NCBI GenBank assembly: GCA_965223265.1
Contig: OZ244999.1
Location: forward strand, 4,544,001-4,608,000
Source: Planctomycetota bacterium
Lineage (GTDB): Bacteria > Planctomycetota > UBA8108 > SXIK01
DNA length: 64,000 nt
Direction: 5' to 3'
Below the pieces are notes generated by a model. That model ran no database searches. It was not told where the DNA came from and saw only the letters and a program-made list of their open reading frames with translations. The translations under genes and the position numbers were made by a program. Shown piece after piece: positions 19,324 through 35,100 of this stretch; position 1 is the first letter of the stretch, and each line of letters starts with the position of its first letter.

Positions 19324-19743
19324 CTAAACGCGTGGGTGACGCCGGACCATCCGCACGCGCACCGGCAGCTTATGGGACACACGATTCAGAGCCTGCTTGG
19401 CGAGATCCTGCGGCACGCCGCTGACCTCGTAGAGAATCGTTCCAGGCTTCACCACCGCCGCGTAGTAATCAGGTTCACCCTTTCCCTTGCCCATCCGCGT
19501 TTCGGCAGGCTTCGAGGAAATCGGCTTGTCGGGAAAAATACGTATATAGATGCGCCCCTCGCCGCGCAGGAGCTGGTTCGCGGTGACGCGTCCGGCTTCG
19601 ATTTGCGACGCGGTGATCCAGCCGGGATCGAGAGACTGCAATCCGAAGTCACCGAAGGAGACCAGATTCCCGCGTGTGGCGTTGCCCTTGGCTCGTCCAC
19701 GCTGGTGCTTCCTGAACTTAACCCTTTTTGGCATGCGAGCCAT
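19324..19743 (-). CDS. rplP: 50S ribosomal protein L16
   Basis: PKRVKFRKHQRG, IRIFPDKP...ETRMGKGKG. Confidence 0.98.
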   Translation of the reverse strand: MARMPKRVKFRKHQRGRAKGNATRGNLVSFGDFGLQSLDPGWITASQIEAGRVTANQLLRGEGRIYIRIFPDKPISSKPAETRMGKGKGEPDYYAAVVKPGTILYEVSGVPQDLAKQALNRVSHKLPVRVRMVRRHPRV

Positions 19744-20383
19744 GAATCTGGCCCTCCTCGCTGTACTGGCCGTGATAAACCCAGCACTTCACGCCAATGG
19801 TGCCGTACGTGGTTTTCGCTTCGGTGAATCCGTAGTCGACGTGTGCCTGGAGCGTCTGCAGCGGGATCTTGCCCTCGCTGAACGACTCACGGCGCGCCAT
19901 TTCAGAGCCGCCAAGCCGGCCCGCGACGATCAGCTTGACTCCAAGTGCGCCCCGATCCATCGCCGCCTTGATGGCATTCTTCATGACGCGGCGAAACGCA
20001 GCGCGGCGAACCAGCTGCTGCGCGACCGCTTCGGCCACCAGCTGTGCTTCAATGTCCGGGTTGGAGACTTCGCGGATCTCGAGCTTCACCTCTTGCCCAC
20101 AGATGTGTTCGAGATCTTCCTTCAGCTTGTCTACCTTCGCGCCTTTGCGGCCGATGATCACACCGGGTCGAGACGTGTAAAGGAAGATGTGCACGCGTTC
20201 ACGCTCGCGCTCGATTTCCACCTTCGGAATCCCAGCGAACTCAAACTCGCGCTTGATGAATCGCCGCAGCAACTGATCCTGAACGAGCAAGCGGCCGAAG
20301 TTCTGCTTGTCGGCGAACCAGCGTGAACGCCAGTTCTCCGTGATTCCGATTCTGAAGCCTGTGGGGTGAACTTTCTGTCCCAT
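19718..20383 (-). CDS. rpsC: 30S ribosomal protein S3
   Basis: MGQKVHPTGFRIG, RPGVIIGRKG, GRLGGSEMAR, PLQTL.A.VDYG. Confidence 0.98.
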   Translation of the reverse strand: MGQKVHPTGFRIGITENWRSRWFADKQNFGRLLVQDQLLRRFIKREFEFAGIPKVEIERERERVHIFLYTSRPGVIIGRKGAKVDKLKEDLEHICGQEVKLEIREVSNPDIEAQLVAEAVAQQLVRRAAFRRVMKNAIKAAMDRGALGVKLIVAGRLGGSEMARRESFSEGKIPLQTLQAHVDYGFTEAKTTYGTIGVKCWVYHGQYSEEGQIHGSHAKKG

Positions 20384-20427
20384 GAGTGAGGTCCTTTTGG
20401 CGCCGCGATCGCACACGCCGAAGCGCG

Positions 20428-20862
20428 TTACGCGGAATGACCGGCGTCCGCTTTTTCCGCTGTTTTTGTTCCTGAATTGGCTTTTTCCGTTCCCGAGCCG
20501 GCCGCACTCGAGCCGTCGTCACCGACGCGCCGCAGTGCAACCCGAAGGTGACACGTGCGTCGTAAGCGCGGATACGCGCGACCTTGCGCACGCGGCCGCC
20601 ACCTCTTCATGGTCGGCCCTTCGTCGACGTACGCCCGCCAGATCACGAGCTCCTCCGACTCAGCGCCGACGGCCTGCGTGGCGTTAGCGATCGCTGAACG
20701 TACGACTTTGTGAATCATTGGCGCAGCGCGTCGCTGGCAAAAGGCCAACTTGTTGAGCGCACTGTCGACCGACTCGCCGCGGATCAAATCCATGACGAGC
20801 CGCGCCTTCCGCGCCGACACCCGCGCGTATTTGTGTTCCGAGGTAAAAACTCCGTCAGCCAT
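20428..20862 (-). CDS. rplV: 50S ribosomal protein L22
   Basis: RVSARKARLV.DLIRG, VDEGPTMKRWRPRAQGRA; C-terminal low-complexity tail. Confidence 0.96.
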   Translation of the reverse strand: MADGVFTSEHKYARVSARKARLVMDLIRGESVDSALNKLAFCQRRAAPMIHKVVRSAIANATQAVGAESEELVIWRAYVDEGPTMKRWRPRAQGRAYPRLRRTCHLRVALRRVGDDGSSAAGSGTEKANSGTKTAEKADAGHSA

Positions 20863-20877
20863 AGCGAAACTCTTAGT

Positions 20878-21138
20878 CTACTTTCCCTTCTTGCCGCCGC
20901 CGTGACCGCGGAAGTTCCGCGTCAAGGAGAACTCACCGAGCTTGTGCCCAACCATATTCTCCGTGACGTAGACCTTTCGGAAGTCTTTGCCGTTGTGGAC
21001 AAGGAATGTCGTGCCAACGAACTCCGGGATGATCGTGCAGGAGCGCGACCAGGTCTTCACCGAATCCTGGCGCAGTGACACCACTTTCTTGACCAGCTTC
21101 GGGTCGACGTATGGACCTTTCTTGAGCGAGCGTCCCAT
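20878..21138 (-). CDS. rpsS: 30S ribosomal protein S19
   Basis: [27 protein letters not shown]. Confidence 0.98.
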   Translation of the reverse strand: MGRSLKKGPYVDPKLVKKVVSLRQDSVKTWSRSCTIIPEFVGTTFLVHNGKDFRKVYVTENMVGHKLGEFSLTRNFRGHGGGKKGK

Positions 21139-21162
21139 GAGCTCGGCCTCTCCTAGCGTTAC

Positions 21163-21996
21163 TTAGCGATTTTTCTTTCGACGACGGACGATGTGCTTAT
21201 TCGACTGTTTGCGCGGCTTGCGAGTCTTTCCACCCTTGGCGGGCACGCCCCACTTGGACTTCGGGTGCCGACCTCCCGAGCGTCGCCCCTCACCGCCTCC
21301 CATGGGGTGCGCTACCGGGTTCATCGCCGAGCCTCGCACCGTTGGGCGGATGCCGCGCCACCGGTTCCGACCAGCCTTACCGATGACCACACTTTGGTGA
21401 TCTGAATTGCCGACCTGGCCAATGGTCGCCTTGCACTCGAGGTGCACACGGCGCACCTCTTTCGAAGGCATGAGAACCAGCGCGTAGTTGCCTTCTTTGG
21501 CTTGGATGGTTGCCGACACGCCGGCTGAACGAACAAACTTCGCGCCTTGACCCGGCCTCAATTCAATGTTGTGAATAGGAATGCCAGGCGGAATCTTGCG
21601 GAGCGACATCGAGTTGCCCACCTTGGGCTCGGCCGCCTCACCCGCAACGACGCTTTGACCCACCTCAAGCCCGCTCGGCGCGATGATGTAAGCCTTCGCG
21701 CCGTCGGCATAGTGAAGCAGCGCAATCCGCGCCGAACGATTCGGATCGTACTCGATCGCCGCAACCTTTGCGGGGACGCCGGCCTTCGTGCGGCGAAAAT
21801 CGATGATGCGATACTTCGGCTTGTGGCCACCGCCGTGATGCCGCATCGTGATCCGACCCGTGTTGTTTCTACCGCCGTGCTTCTTGAGCTTAACGAGCAG
21901 CGACTTCTCGGGTCGCTTCTTGGTGATCTCTTTGAAGTCCGAGACACTGCCGCCGCGGCGCCCAGGACTGGTCGGTTTGTAGATTCTAACGCCCAT
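21163..21996 (-). CDS. rplB: 50S ribosomal protein L2
   Basis: [34 protein letters not shown]. Confidence 0.98.
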   Translation of the reverse strand: MGVRIYKPTSPGRRGGSVSDFKEITKKRPEKSLLVKLKKHGGRNNTGRITMRHHGGGHKPKYRIIDFRRTKAGVPAKVAAIEYDPNRSARIALLHYADGAKAYIIAPSGLEVGQSVVAGEAAEPKVGNSMSLRKIPPGIPIHNIELRPGQGAKFVRSAGVSATIQAKEGNYALVLMPSKEVRRVHLECKATIGQVGNSDHQSVVIGKAGRNRWRGIRPTVRGSAMNPVAHPMGGGEGRRSGGRHPKSKWGVPAKGGKTRKPRKQSNKHIVRRRKKNR

Positions 21997-22013
21997 GGCG
22001 ACTCACCTTGCTC

Positions 22014-22292
22014 TCAGTAAACATCCAACTTGTCGCCCGGACGCAAGGTGACGATCGCTTCCTTGCGTGCCTTCGTGTATCCCAGCGAACGTCCGGTCCG
22101 TTTCAGCTTGCCGCGGCGACGCCGCACGTTGACCTTCCGCACCTTGACATCAAACAACGCCTCGATCGCCTGCTTGACCTGAAGCTTATTCGCGCTGATC
22201 GCGACTTCGAAAACGTAGGCGTTCCCCTGCTCGATCGAGCGAGTGCTCTTCTCGGTGAGTATGGGGCGCCTGAGAACAGTGTGAAGGTCCAT
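22014..22292 (-). CDS. rplW: 50S ribosomal protein L23
   Basis: RPILTEKS, YVFEV...ANK.QVK.AIE.LFDVKV. Confidence 0.96.
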   Translation of the reverse strand: MDLHTVLRRPILTEKSTRSIEQGNAYVFEVAISANKLQVKQAIEALFDVKVRKVNVRRRRGKLKRTGRSLGYTKARKEAIVTLRPGDKLDVY

Positions 22293-22328
22293 GGTTTTCT
22301 AACTGTATTCTTGTCGATCAATTCCTGG

Positions 22329-22973
22329 TCACGACGACGCACTCCCGCTCTCCAAGGCGCCGAGAGCGTCCGGGAGAAAAACGAGGGTCGCCGCCAGCAA
22401 CACCTGCCGTGCGTTCCAATCTGAAATCGGGGCCACCTCGACACCGGGAATGTTGCGAGCCGACAAGACCAAATTCCGGTCGTACTCTTTCGTCCCGATC
22501 AGGCAGCGCCCCTTGACGCCACACGCCTTCAGCGCCGCCGCCACGGTCTTCGTGCTCGGACCACTCAACTCAATTCCGTCGAGTACAAAGACGTTCCCGG
22601 CGGAGAACTTGTCGTAAATCGCCGAACGCAGCGCCAGTCGCCGCTGCTTGCGATTGATGGCGAACGAGTAGTCACGCGGTTTCGGGCCGAAGACGGTACC
22701 GCCGCCGCGCCAAATGGGAGACTTGCGGCTACCGGAACGCGCCCGCCCGGTGCCTTTCTGCCGCCACGGTTTCTGGCCCGAGCCGGCGATCTCGCCACGG
22801 CTCTTCACTTTGTGCGTCCCAGCGCGCCGATTCGCCTCGTACATGACGAACGCTTGCTTGAGCAAACGGTACCGTACGCGAGCGTCGAGGTCCGACGCCG
22901 CGATCGAGCGCGTCGAGGTCTCTTGACCTGCCGCGGAACGAACCGGCACTGAAAAGGTTTCTTCTGCTGACAT
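22329..22973 (-). CDS. rplD: 50S ribosomal protein L4
   Basis: [33 protein letters not shown]. Confidence 0.97.
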   Translation of the reverse strand: MSAEETFSVPVRSAAGQETSTRSIAASDLDARVRYRLLKQAFVMYEANRRAGTHKVKSRGEIAGSGQKPWRQKGTGRARSGSRKSPIWRGGGTVFGPKPRDYSFAINRKQRRLALRSAIYDKFSAGNVFVLDGIELSGPSTKTVAAALKACGVKGRCLIGTKEYDRNLVLSARNIPGVEVAPISDWNARQVLLAATLVFLPDALGALESGSASS

Positions 22974-23005
22974 AATTCGTGTCGTCGCTCCCTCGCGAGC
23001 CGCGC

Positions 23006-23674
23006 TCAGAGGCTCTCCTCGATCAACAAATAACCGCCACGAGGACCCGGCACCGCTCCTTCGACGACGAGAAGTTGATCCTCCTCGTCGATGCGGATGA
23101 CGCGCAAGTTGCGGACCTTGCGGTTCTTATTGCCGTGTTGGCCCGCCATTTTCTTACCTTTGAGCACGCGTCCCGGATCGGTGTGCATGCCGGTACTTCC
23201 CGGTTCCCGCACGTTCTTTGAACCGTGCGATTTATCTCCAGTGCGAAAGCCATGGCGCTTGACGGTACCGGTGAAACCCCGCCCTTTGGTGACGCCGCGC
23301 ACGTCGACGTGTTCGATTTCCTTGAACGCCGTCACGCCGATCTGAGCGCCAGGAGCGACCTCCCCGTCGCCGTCCGCACCGATCACGTCCGCAGAATCGA
23401 CGAACGGCACCTCGCGCACGAAGCGCTGCGTAGCCACGTCGATTTTGTCGAAATAGGCCTGCTGCGGCCGTTTCGCGGCCTTGCGGCCAGCCTCGAATCC
23501 CAGCTGCACAGCGGCATAGCCGTCACTCTCGGGCGTCTTCACGCGGAGAACCGTGCACGGCCCGGCCTGAATCACCGTCACCGGGACGCGGCGTCCGTCC
23601 TCAGTGAAGACCTGCGTCATGCCGACCTTCTTGCCGAGAATCGCTTTCTTGTTCTGTCGTGCTTTTCTGACCAT
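23006..23674 (-). CDS. rplC: 50S ribosomal protein L3
   Basis: GKKVGMTQVF, DGYAAVQLG, KGRGFTG.VKRHGF, GAVPG. Confidence 0.97.
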   Translation of the reverse strand: MVRKARQNKKAILGKKVGMTQVFTEDGRRVPVTVIQAGPCTVLRVKTPESDGYAAVQLGFEAGRKAAKRPQQAYFDKIDVATQRFVREVPFVDSADVIGADGDGEVAPGAQIGVTAFKEIEHVDVRGVTKGRGFTGTVKRHGFRTGDKSHGSKNVREPGSTGMHTDPGRVLKGKKMAGQHGNKNRKVRNLRVIRIDEEDQLLVVEGAVPGPRGGYLLIEESL

Positions 23675-23718
23675 GACTTCTTCGCTGTATGAAAAAAGCC
23701 TAACCGCTTGCGAAACGG

Positions 23719-24027
23719 TTAGGCCTTCATGTGCAGGTTAACTCCGGCTGGCATCGTGATCTTTCGGAGCGCGTCCATCGTCTTCCCCGTCGGTTCGGAG
23801 ATGTCGATCAAACGTTTATGCGTCCGAATCTCGAACTGCTCGCGTGACTTCTTATCGATGTGCGGCGAGCGGTTCACCGTGTAGCGCTCGATCCGCGTCG
23901 GCAGGGGCACGGGCCCACTCACCTTGGCGCCGGTGCGCTTGGCCGTCTCGACGATTTCGATGGAAGCGCGGTCGAGCACTTTGTGATCGTAGGCTTCCAT
24001 TCTGATGCGGATTCGTGTCGCGTCCAT
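23719..24027 (-). CDS. rpsJ: 30S ribosomal protein S10
   Basis: [40 protein letters not shown]; start moved to ATG 24027. Confidence 0.98.
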   Translation of the reverse strand: MDATRIRIRMEAYDHKVLDRASIEIVETAKRTGAKVSGPVPLPTRIERYTVNRSPHIDKKSREQFEIRTHKRLIDISEPTGKTMDALRKITMPAGVNLHMKA

Positions 24028-24327
24028 GATCCTTCCAACTAGAGCGCTGACGACAGCGGTCAACGCGCGCGAAAAAGCCCCCTCGAAACGAGATGGCACC
24101 ATCAAGGAACGACACCCCCCGATGCCAGCGGCCAGAAACCATCGTCTGAGGCGACCAGGGCCGCTCTCGCTCCGGATGATGGTCCGGGGCCCGCACTCGG
24201 GGTCTGCGTTCCTCTCGAGAACTCCGGCCGGACCCCGCGAAGAGGCGGCCTCACGAACAGGCAGTTTTTCGTAACCCCTGCTCTTATCGAAACTAAGGGT
24301 TCCCTAACTTAGAGGGCAAAGGTTGAG

Positions 24328-24355
24328 ATTATAAAAGGCGAAAATGACCTGTCAA
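24328..24355 (-). promoter_or_regulatory. Sigma70-type promoter of the S10/spc operon
   Basis: Perfect TTGACA-N16-TATAAT on the - strand, ~300 bp upstream of rpsJ. Confidence 0.8.
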
Positions 24356-24473
24356 CAGTCAAACCAGGCGTTCCGTGACAAAATATCGCGGCACACGCCG
24401 ACAACGCGCTTTGGCGCGTCGGCAACGCCAAAATCAGGCCATGCGGCGCGTTGACAGGCGCCAAGACTCGGCC

Positions 24474-26528
24474 TCACAGATTGAAGCGCTGCGCGACCGA
24501 TTCTGGAACTGGTGCATAGGACTCTGGCTCGAGACTCAAAGAGCCTCGCCCCTGCGTCAAGGATCGGAGGGTGTTGGAGTAGCCGAAGACTTCCGCCAGC
24601 GGCACGCTGCCGCTGATCATGCGGACTCCATTCTCGAGCTCGACCGAGCGAATCACCGTCCGCCGCTGCGTCAGATCGTTCGACACCGCACCGTAGTATT
24701 CGTCGGGCACCTCGATCTCGACCGCCATCACCGGCTCGAGTAAGGACGTGCCGCTCTTCGCCAAAGCGGCGTCAAAGGCGGCAGATGCAGCAGCAGTGTA
24801 GGCAATCGCTGAACTCTCGGCTGGACGGAACTCGGCGGCTTCGATGGTGGCCTTGAGCTGAATCAGGGGATACCCCAGCGTGCCGCCGGCTTGCAGGGCC
24901 CCTTGTACCCCCTCGACGAGCGCCTCGTGGAACTCAAGCGGCACGTCGTCCTTGCGCACAAGATTCGTCACGCTCGGTTGTGTCTCTTCGGATTGCGGTG
25001 CGACGCTCACGGTCACTTTCGCGAAGTGATTGCGCCCACCGATCTGCCGCTCGAAGGTCGCCTCGTCGGTCGCTGGACGCAAAATGGTTTGACGGTACGC
25101 GACGCGCGGCTTGCCGACCGCCGCGTTGACATGGAACTCACGCAGCAGGCGCTCAACAAGGATTTCCAGGTGCAGCTCCCCCATGCCGCTGGCGATGAGC
25201 TGGCCGGTTTCGTCGTCGCTGTACCAGTGAAACGTGGGATCCTCGCGCGCGAGCTTTTCGAGCGACTCGATGAGCTTGTCGCGATCAGAAATGCTCACGG
25301 GCTCGACCGCCACGGAGACGACGGCGTCCGGGAAGACCGGTGGTTCCAGCAACATCGCACCTGATGCCGGACCGACGCTGTCGCCCGTACTCGTCTCCTT
25401 GAAACCGACGACGGCGATGATCTCCCCAGCGACGGCTTCAGAGAGCGCCTCCCGATGGTTGGCGTGCATGAGGTAGATTTTTTGTGCCCGATCCTTCTTT
25501 TTCGTGCGGCAGTTGTACACCTGCTCACCGGCTTTCAGGCGCCCGGAATAGACACGCAGATAGACGAGGTCGCCGTGCGCATCGGCGACTGTCTTAAACG
25601 CGAGTGCCGCAAGCGGTGCCTCGGGCGTCGTGGCGCGCACCACGGGCTTGCCGCTCTTGGCGTCGCTCCCTGAAACTTCCGGCGCGTCCTCGGGTCCTGG
25701 AAGGTAGTCGCAGACGGCGTCCATGAGCGGCTGCACCCCTTTGTTGCGCAGCGCCGCGCCGCAGAGGACAGGAACCACCTGCCGCGCCAGCGTCCCGACG
25801 CGGAGCGCAGACTTGATGTCGGCGGCACCGATGTCATCGCCGCCGAGGTATTTCTCCAGCAGTCCGTCATCGAATTCAGCCGCGGCTTCAATGAGGCGCT
25901 CGCGCCACGCCTCCGCCTCCTCTTTGCGCTCAGTCGCCACTGGGCTCAGCACGAGTTGCTCTCCCAGTGACTCCGCGTCGAAGCGAATCTCCTGCCATTC
26001 GACGAGGTCGACGACGCCCTCGTACTCCTTCTCGCTACCGATCGGAATCTGTATGGGGACGGCGTTAGCTCCGAGCTTGCTGCGAACCGACTCGACCGTA
26101 CGGAAGAAATCCGCCCCGACGCGGTCGAGCTTGTTGACGAACGCCAGGCGCGGCACGGAGTAGCGGTCTGCCTGACGCCACACCGTCTCTGACTGCGCCT
26201 GCACGCCCGACGTACCACAGAAAACGCCCACAGCGCCATCCAGCACGCGCAGCGCGCGTTCGACCTCGGCGGTGAAGTCGACGTGACCCGGGGTATCGAT
26301 CAGATTGAAGCGAAACCCCTGCCAATAGAACGTTGTCGCGGCCGCAGTGATCGTAATGCCGCGCCTCTGCTCTTCCGGCATCCAGTCCATCGTGGCTGTA
26401 CCAGCATCCACCTCTCCGATGCGGTGCTCCTTGCGGGAGTAGAAGAGCATGCGCTCCGTGACCGTCGTCTTGCCGGCGTCGATGTGCGCAATGATGCCGA
26501 GATTGCGCAGATTCTCTTTCGCTGTCAT
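24474..26528 (-). CDS. fusA: Elongation factor G (divergent domain IV)
   Basis: [34 protein letters not shown]; follows rpsL-rpsG; start moved to MTAKEN (26528). Confidence 0.93.
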   Translation of the reverse strand: MTAKENLRNLGIIAHIDAGKTTVTERMLFYSRKEHRIGEVDAGTATMDWMPEEQRRGITITAAATTFYWQGFRFNLIDTPGHVDFTAEVERALRVLDGAVGVFCGTSGVQAQSETVWRQADRYSVPRLAFVNKLDRVGADFFRTVESVRSKLGANAVPIQIPIGSEKEYEGVVDLVEWQEIRFDAESLGEQLVLSPVATERKEEAEAWRERLIEAAAEFDDGLLEKYLGGDDIGAADIKSALRVGTLARQVVPVLCGAALRNKGVQPLMDAVCDYLPGPEDAPEVSGSDAKSGKPVVRATTPEAPLAALAFKTVADAHGDLVYLRVYSGRLKAGEQVYNCRTKKKDRAQKIYLMHANHREALSEAVAGEIIAVVGFKETSTGDSVGPASGAMLLEPPVFPDAVVSVAVEPVSISDRDKLIESLEKLAREDPTFHWYSDDETGQLIASGMGELHLEILVERLLREFHVNAAVGKPRVAYRQTILRPATDEATFERQIGGRNHFAKVTVSVAPQSEETQPSVTNLVRKDDVPLEFHEALVEGVQGALQAGGTLGYPLIQLKATIEAAEFRPAESSAIAYTAAASAAFDAALAKSGTSLLEPVMAVEIEVPDEYYGAVSNDLTQRRTVIRSVELENGVRMISGSVPLAEVFGYSNTLRSLTQGRGSLSLEPESYAPVPESVAQRFNL

Positions 26529-26860
26529 CGAACGACTCGGATGGCTTCGACTTGAATGGCTCGAGGCGGTGATCCCCGTCTCACTCGCTGTTGGCTCAAG
26601 GCGCGAGACCAACAGCAAGAGTCTCGTGGCGGCACGCGAGTCTCGGCAATTTACGCCCGCTCCCGCTCGAGTGCAATCGACAAGTCACGCAGCCGTCCAC
26701 GAGGCCGGGAGGCCGACAGCTGCCCCCTCAAACGCTGCCCGGCACGGGCGCACCAGCGCGGCCCGAGAAAGTCAAAACGTCCCCGGCATGAGAATCGGCT
26801 CGCTCACACCTCGATCTCGGGTCCGCCCACGACCGTCAGCGGCAAAGACTGCAGGCTCGC

Positions 26861-27361
26861 CTACCAGGCAAAGTGTGCGAACAGCTTGTTCGCCTCAGCC
26901 ATCTTGTGCGTGTTCTCACGCCAGGTGATCGACGCGCCCTGCTGGTTGTAGGCGTCGAGCAGCTCTTCGGCGAGTCGCTGCGAGATCGGCTTGCCCTTTT
27001 TGCCGCGGATGTTCCCGACGAGGACGCGAATCGCCAAGGTTTGTTGGCGGCGACCGCTCACTTCCATCGGCACTTGATACGTCGCACCACCGACACGTCG
27101 CGACCGCACTTCAAGCTTCGGCTTGATGTTATTGATCGCGGTCAGAAGGACGTCGAGCGGATCTTGATCCTTGACGCGCTTTGAGATGATGTCCACCGCA
27201 TCGTAGACCACCGTCCGCGCAACCGTCTTCTTACCGTCAAGCATGAGCTGGTTCGTCAGCTTCGACACCACCAGGTTATTGAACTTGGGGTCAGGCTGGA
27301 GAAACCGTTCGGTGGACTTGAACTTGAACTTGGTCTTTTCGACTTTTCGCTTGCGTGCCAT
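26861..27361 (-). CDS. rpsG: 30S ribosomal protein S7
   Basis: DGKKTVA, EVRSRRVGGATYQVP, HKMAEANKLFAHF. Confidence 0.97.
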   Translation of the reverse strand: MARKRKVEKTKFKFKSTERFLQPDPKFNNLVVSKLTNQLMLDGKKTVARTVVYDAVDIISKRVKDQDPLDVLLTAINNIKPKLEVRSRRVGGATYQVPMEVSGRRQQTLAIRVLVGNIRGKKGKPISQRLAEELLDAYNQQGASITWRENTHKMAEANKLFAHFAW

Positions 27362-27405
27362 GAGCTCTCTACCGCGCGGTTACTTTCCGCTCTGTTACTT
27401 TTCTC

Positions 27406-27777
27406 TTACTTTCCGCTCTTTGTGCCGTACTTAGAACGCCCCTGCTTACGACTGTCCACCCCGGACGTGTCGCGCGTTCCACGAATGATGTGATACCGCA
27501 CGCCTGGCAAATCGCGCACACGGCCACCCCGCACGAGCACGATGGAGTGCTCCTGCAAGTTGTGACCGACGCCTGGGATGTAGGCGGTGATTTCTTTGCC
27601 GTTCGTCAGGCGCACACGAGCGATCTTGCGCAGCGCGGAGTTCGGCTTCTTCGGCGTCATGGTTCTGACTTGAAGGCAAACGCCACGCCGCTGCGGACAA
27701 GACTCGAGGACCGGAGACTTGCTCTTCTTCGTCGTCTTACGACGGCCTTTGCGAACCAACTGGTTGAATGTAGGCAT
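27406..27777 (-). CDS. rpsL: 30S ribosomal protein S12
   Basis: [31 protein letters not shown]. Confidence 0.99.
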   Translation of the reverse strand: MPTFNQLVRKGRRKTTKKSKSPVLESCPQRRGVCLQVRTMTPKKPNSALRKIARVRLTNGKEITAYIPGVGHNLQEHSIVLVRGGRVRDLPGVRYHIIRGTRDTSGVDSRKQGRSKYGTKSGK

Positions 27778-27790
27778 GGGGCTCTTCCGG

Positions 27791-31969
<4,179 letters not shown>

Positions 31970-32121
31970 CTAAAACTCCCTCCTCATCGTGACCCGAATA
32001 AAGTGGCTGCGCGCCTCGTTGTGCAGTGAACCGCGCAGCGATGATTCACCCGGAAGACTCAGCTCAAACACGGGGGCGCTTCGCGAACGGCCGGTTGGCA
32101 GCGCCGCGCCAATGGGCGTTC

Positions 32122-35100
32122 TCATCTGGGGCCTCCGTCTTTGTCAGGGCCGTCGCCGTCTGGCAGTGTCTTCTGTAGCTCAATGTTCAAGCCGAGGCCC
32201 TTGATCTCATGCGTCAATACGTGGAACGAAACAGGAGTCCCTGGCTCCAGCGTGTTCTCGCCCTTCACCATGGACTCGTAGATTTTGGCACGGCCGTCGA
32301 CGTCGTCTGACTTGACGGTGAGTAGCTCCTGCAAGATGTTCGCGGCGCCATAAGCCTCGAGCGCCCACACCTCCATCTCGCCGAAGCGCTGACCACCGAA
32401 TCGCGCCTTGCCGCCGAGAGGCTGTTGGGTGATGAGCGAATAGGGGCCGGTAGCCCGCGCGTGAATCTTGTCGTCCACCAAGTGGTGGAGCTTCAGCATG
32501 TACAAGTAGCCCACGGTGACGCGCTGCTCAAAGGCTTCGCCGGTGCGCCCGTCGAATAGCTGAGCTTTGCCATCCGCGGGCAGCTCGGAATCGTGAAGTG
32601 CCTCCTTGATGTCGCCCTCGTTGCAGCCGTCGAAGACTGGCGTCACAGCACGGTAGCCGAGACGCGACGCCGCCCACCCGAGGTGTGTCTCAAGGATCTG
32701 GCCGAGATTCATACGGGACGGGACGCCGAGCGGGTTGAGCACCATTTCCACTGGAGTGCCGTCGTCAAGAAACGGCATGTCCTCCTCGGCCATGATCTTC
32801 GCGATCACTCCCTTGTTCCCGTGTCGTCCGGCCATCTTGTCGCCGACCGAAAGGTTGCGCTTGGTCGCGACGTACACCTTGACCATCTCCAAGACGCCCG
32901 GAGGCAACTCATCGCCGCGGGTTAGCCGATTAGTGACGCGCGTCTTCTGGTCCTCGATCGCCTCCAGCTTGGCGAAATGAATCCGCAGGCAGTCCTTGAT
33001 CTGCTGCGCCTTACTCGGCGTGCGGCCTTCGATGAGGGTCTCGACCCGCAAGAGCATCTTGACGGCACCGACGCTCTCCATCTCAGCCAATCGGATCGTG
33101 GTCACGGCCTTACCGTCCGAACCAACAGGCTTCTTGCCGAGGATCTTCGTGAGCTCTTGAATCAACAGGTCCAGCTGCGCGGCGCGTTTCTGGTCATACT
33201 CGCCATGCGCTGTCGCCAGCTCTTCCTTGCTCTTCTTACGATCTTCATCGCTGAGGTACGACTTGCGCGAAAAGCGGTGCGCGCCAATGACCACGCCCTC
33301 GACTCCTGACGGCACTTCCAGTGAGTCGTTCTTCACGTCCTCGCCGGCGCGTCCGAAGATCGCGTGCAACAGCTTTTCTTCAGGCGAAAGCTCGCTCTTC
33401 GACTTGGGCACAACCTTACCGACAAGGATATCACCCTGCTTCACGGCCGTGCCGATGCGGACCACACCGGTCTCATCCAGATTGCGGAGGACGCGCTCGG
33501 AGACGTTCGGAATCTCGCGCGTGAATTCCTCGCGCCCGAGTTTGGTCTCGCGAATCTCGACCTCAAACTCGTCCAAATGCACTGAGGTGTAGGCGTCGTC
33601 CTTGACCAGCTTCTCGCTGACGAGGATGGCGTCCTCAAAGTTGTAGCCGTCCCAGCTCATGAACGCGACCAGCACGTTGCGCCCAAGCGCGAGCTCGCCG
33701 TTTTTGGTCGCTGCACCGTCAGCAAGCACCTGCCCCTTTTTCACCTTCTCGCCGACTTTGACGATGGGCTTCTGATTGAGGCAAGTCCGCTCGTTAAGCT
33801 TCTGAAACTTGCGCAGCAAGTATTCGTCTTCGTCGTCGATGACGACGCGGTTGGCGTCGACGGCCGTCACTTGTCCTTCACGTCGGGCGGTGACCACCAT
33901 ACCGGAGTAACGCGCCACCTCGGTCTCCATACCGGTGCCAACGAGCGGCGGTTCGGTGCGCAGAAGCGGCACCGCCTGGCGCTGCATGTTCGAGCCCATG
34001 AGGGCGCGGTTGGCGTCGTCGTGTTCCAAGAAGGGGATGAGCGCCGCGGAGACGCCGACCATCTGCTGCGGCGACACGTCGATGTAGTCAATCTCTGCCG
34101 GCGCCACGAGCTTGAAATCGCCGTTGCGCCGCGCCAAGACCAGATTGCCTTCGATCTTGCCGTTTTTATCGACGGCAATGTCGGCGGGGGCGAGCCAACG
34201 GTTTTCCTCCTCATCGGCGCGCAGGTGGACGGTCTTACCTGAGACCTTTCCCTTCTTCACCTCGAGGTAAGGCGTGATGAGGAAGCCGTACTCGTCAATC
34301 GAAGCAAAGACACCCAACGAGGAAATCAAGCCAATGTTCGTTCCTTCAGGCGTCTCAATGGGACAGATGCGCCCGTAGTGCGAGATGTGAACGTCACGCA
34401 CTTCGAAGCCAGCACGTTTACGGTTGAGCCCTCCAGGTCCCAGAGCACTCAATCGACGCTCGTGCGTCAGCTGCGACAGTGGGTTGGTTTGGTCAACCAC
34501 CTGTGACAGCTCGCCGCGACCGAAGAAGAACTCGATCGCGCTCGAGATGGTCTTCGAGTTGATGACGCTGCGCGGCGTGAGCGCCTCCTTGTCCATGATG
34601 CTCATGCGCTCCTGGACGGTGCGCTTCAGCTTGAGGAATCCTTTGCGCAGCTCCTCGCCGGCGAGCTCTTCAATCGTTCGCACGCGACGATTGCCGAGGT
34701 GGTCAATGTCATCGACCTCACCGTTGTTGATGCGGAGGTCGAGAACATACTGAATGGAGTTGATGATGTCGTCCTGGTGGAGCGTCATCTCATTTTCAGC
34801 AACACTCTGACCGAACTTTCGATTGATGCGGAATCGACCGACTCGGCCTAGGCGATACTTGCTGGAGTTGTAGAACTTCTCATGGAAGAGCTCTTTCGCC
34901 TTCGCAATTTGCGCTGGGTTGCCCGGTCGCAGCCGTTGATAGATGCGAATCAACGCATCCTCGTGGTTCTTCGACAAGTCTTCCTTGAGCGTGTTGAGGA
35001 TCAGTGGATCCCGAACGTCGGTGATGACGCGAATGACGCGGTCTTTGCCGCCGACTTGACGCTTCTCTTTGTCGGTGAAGAGGGACTGTGCGAACGTCTC

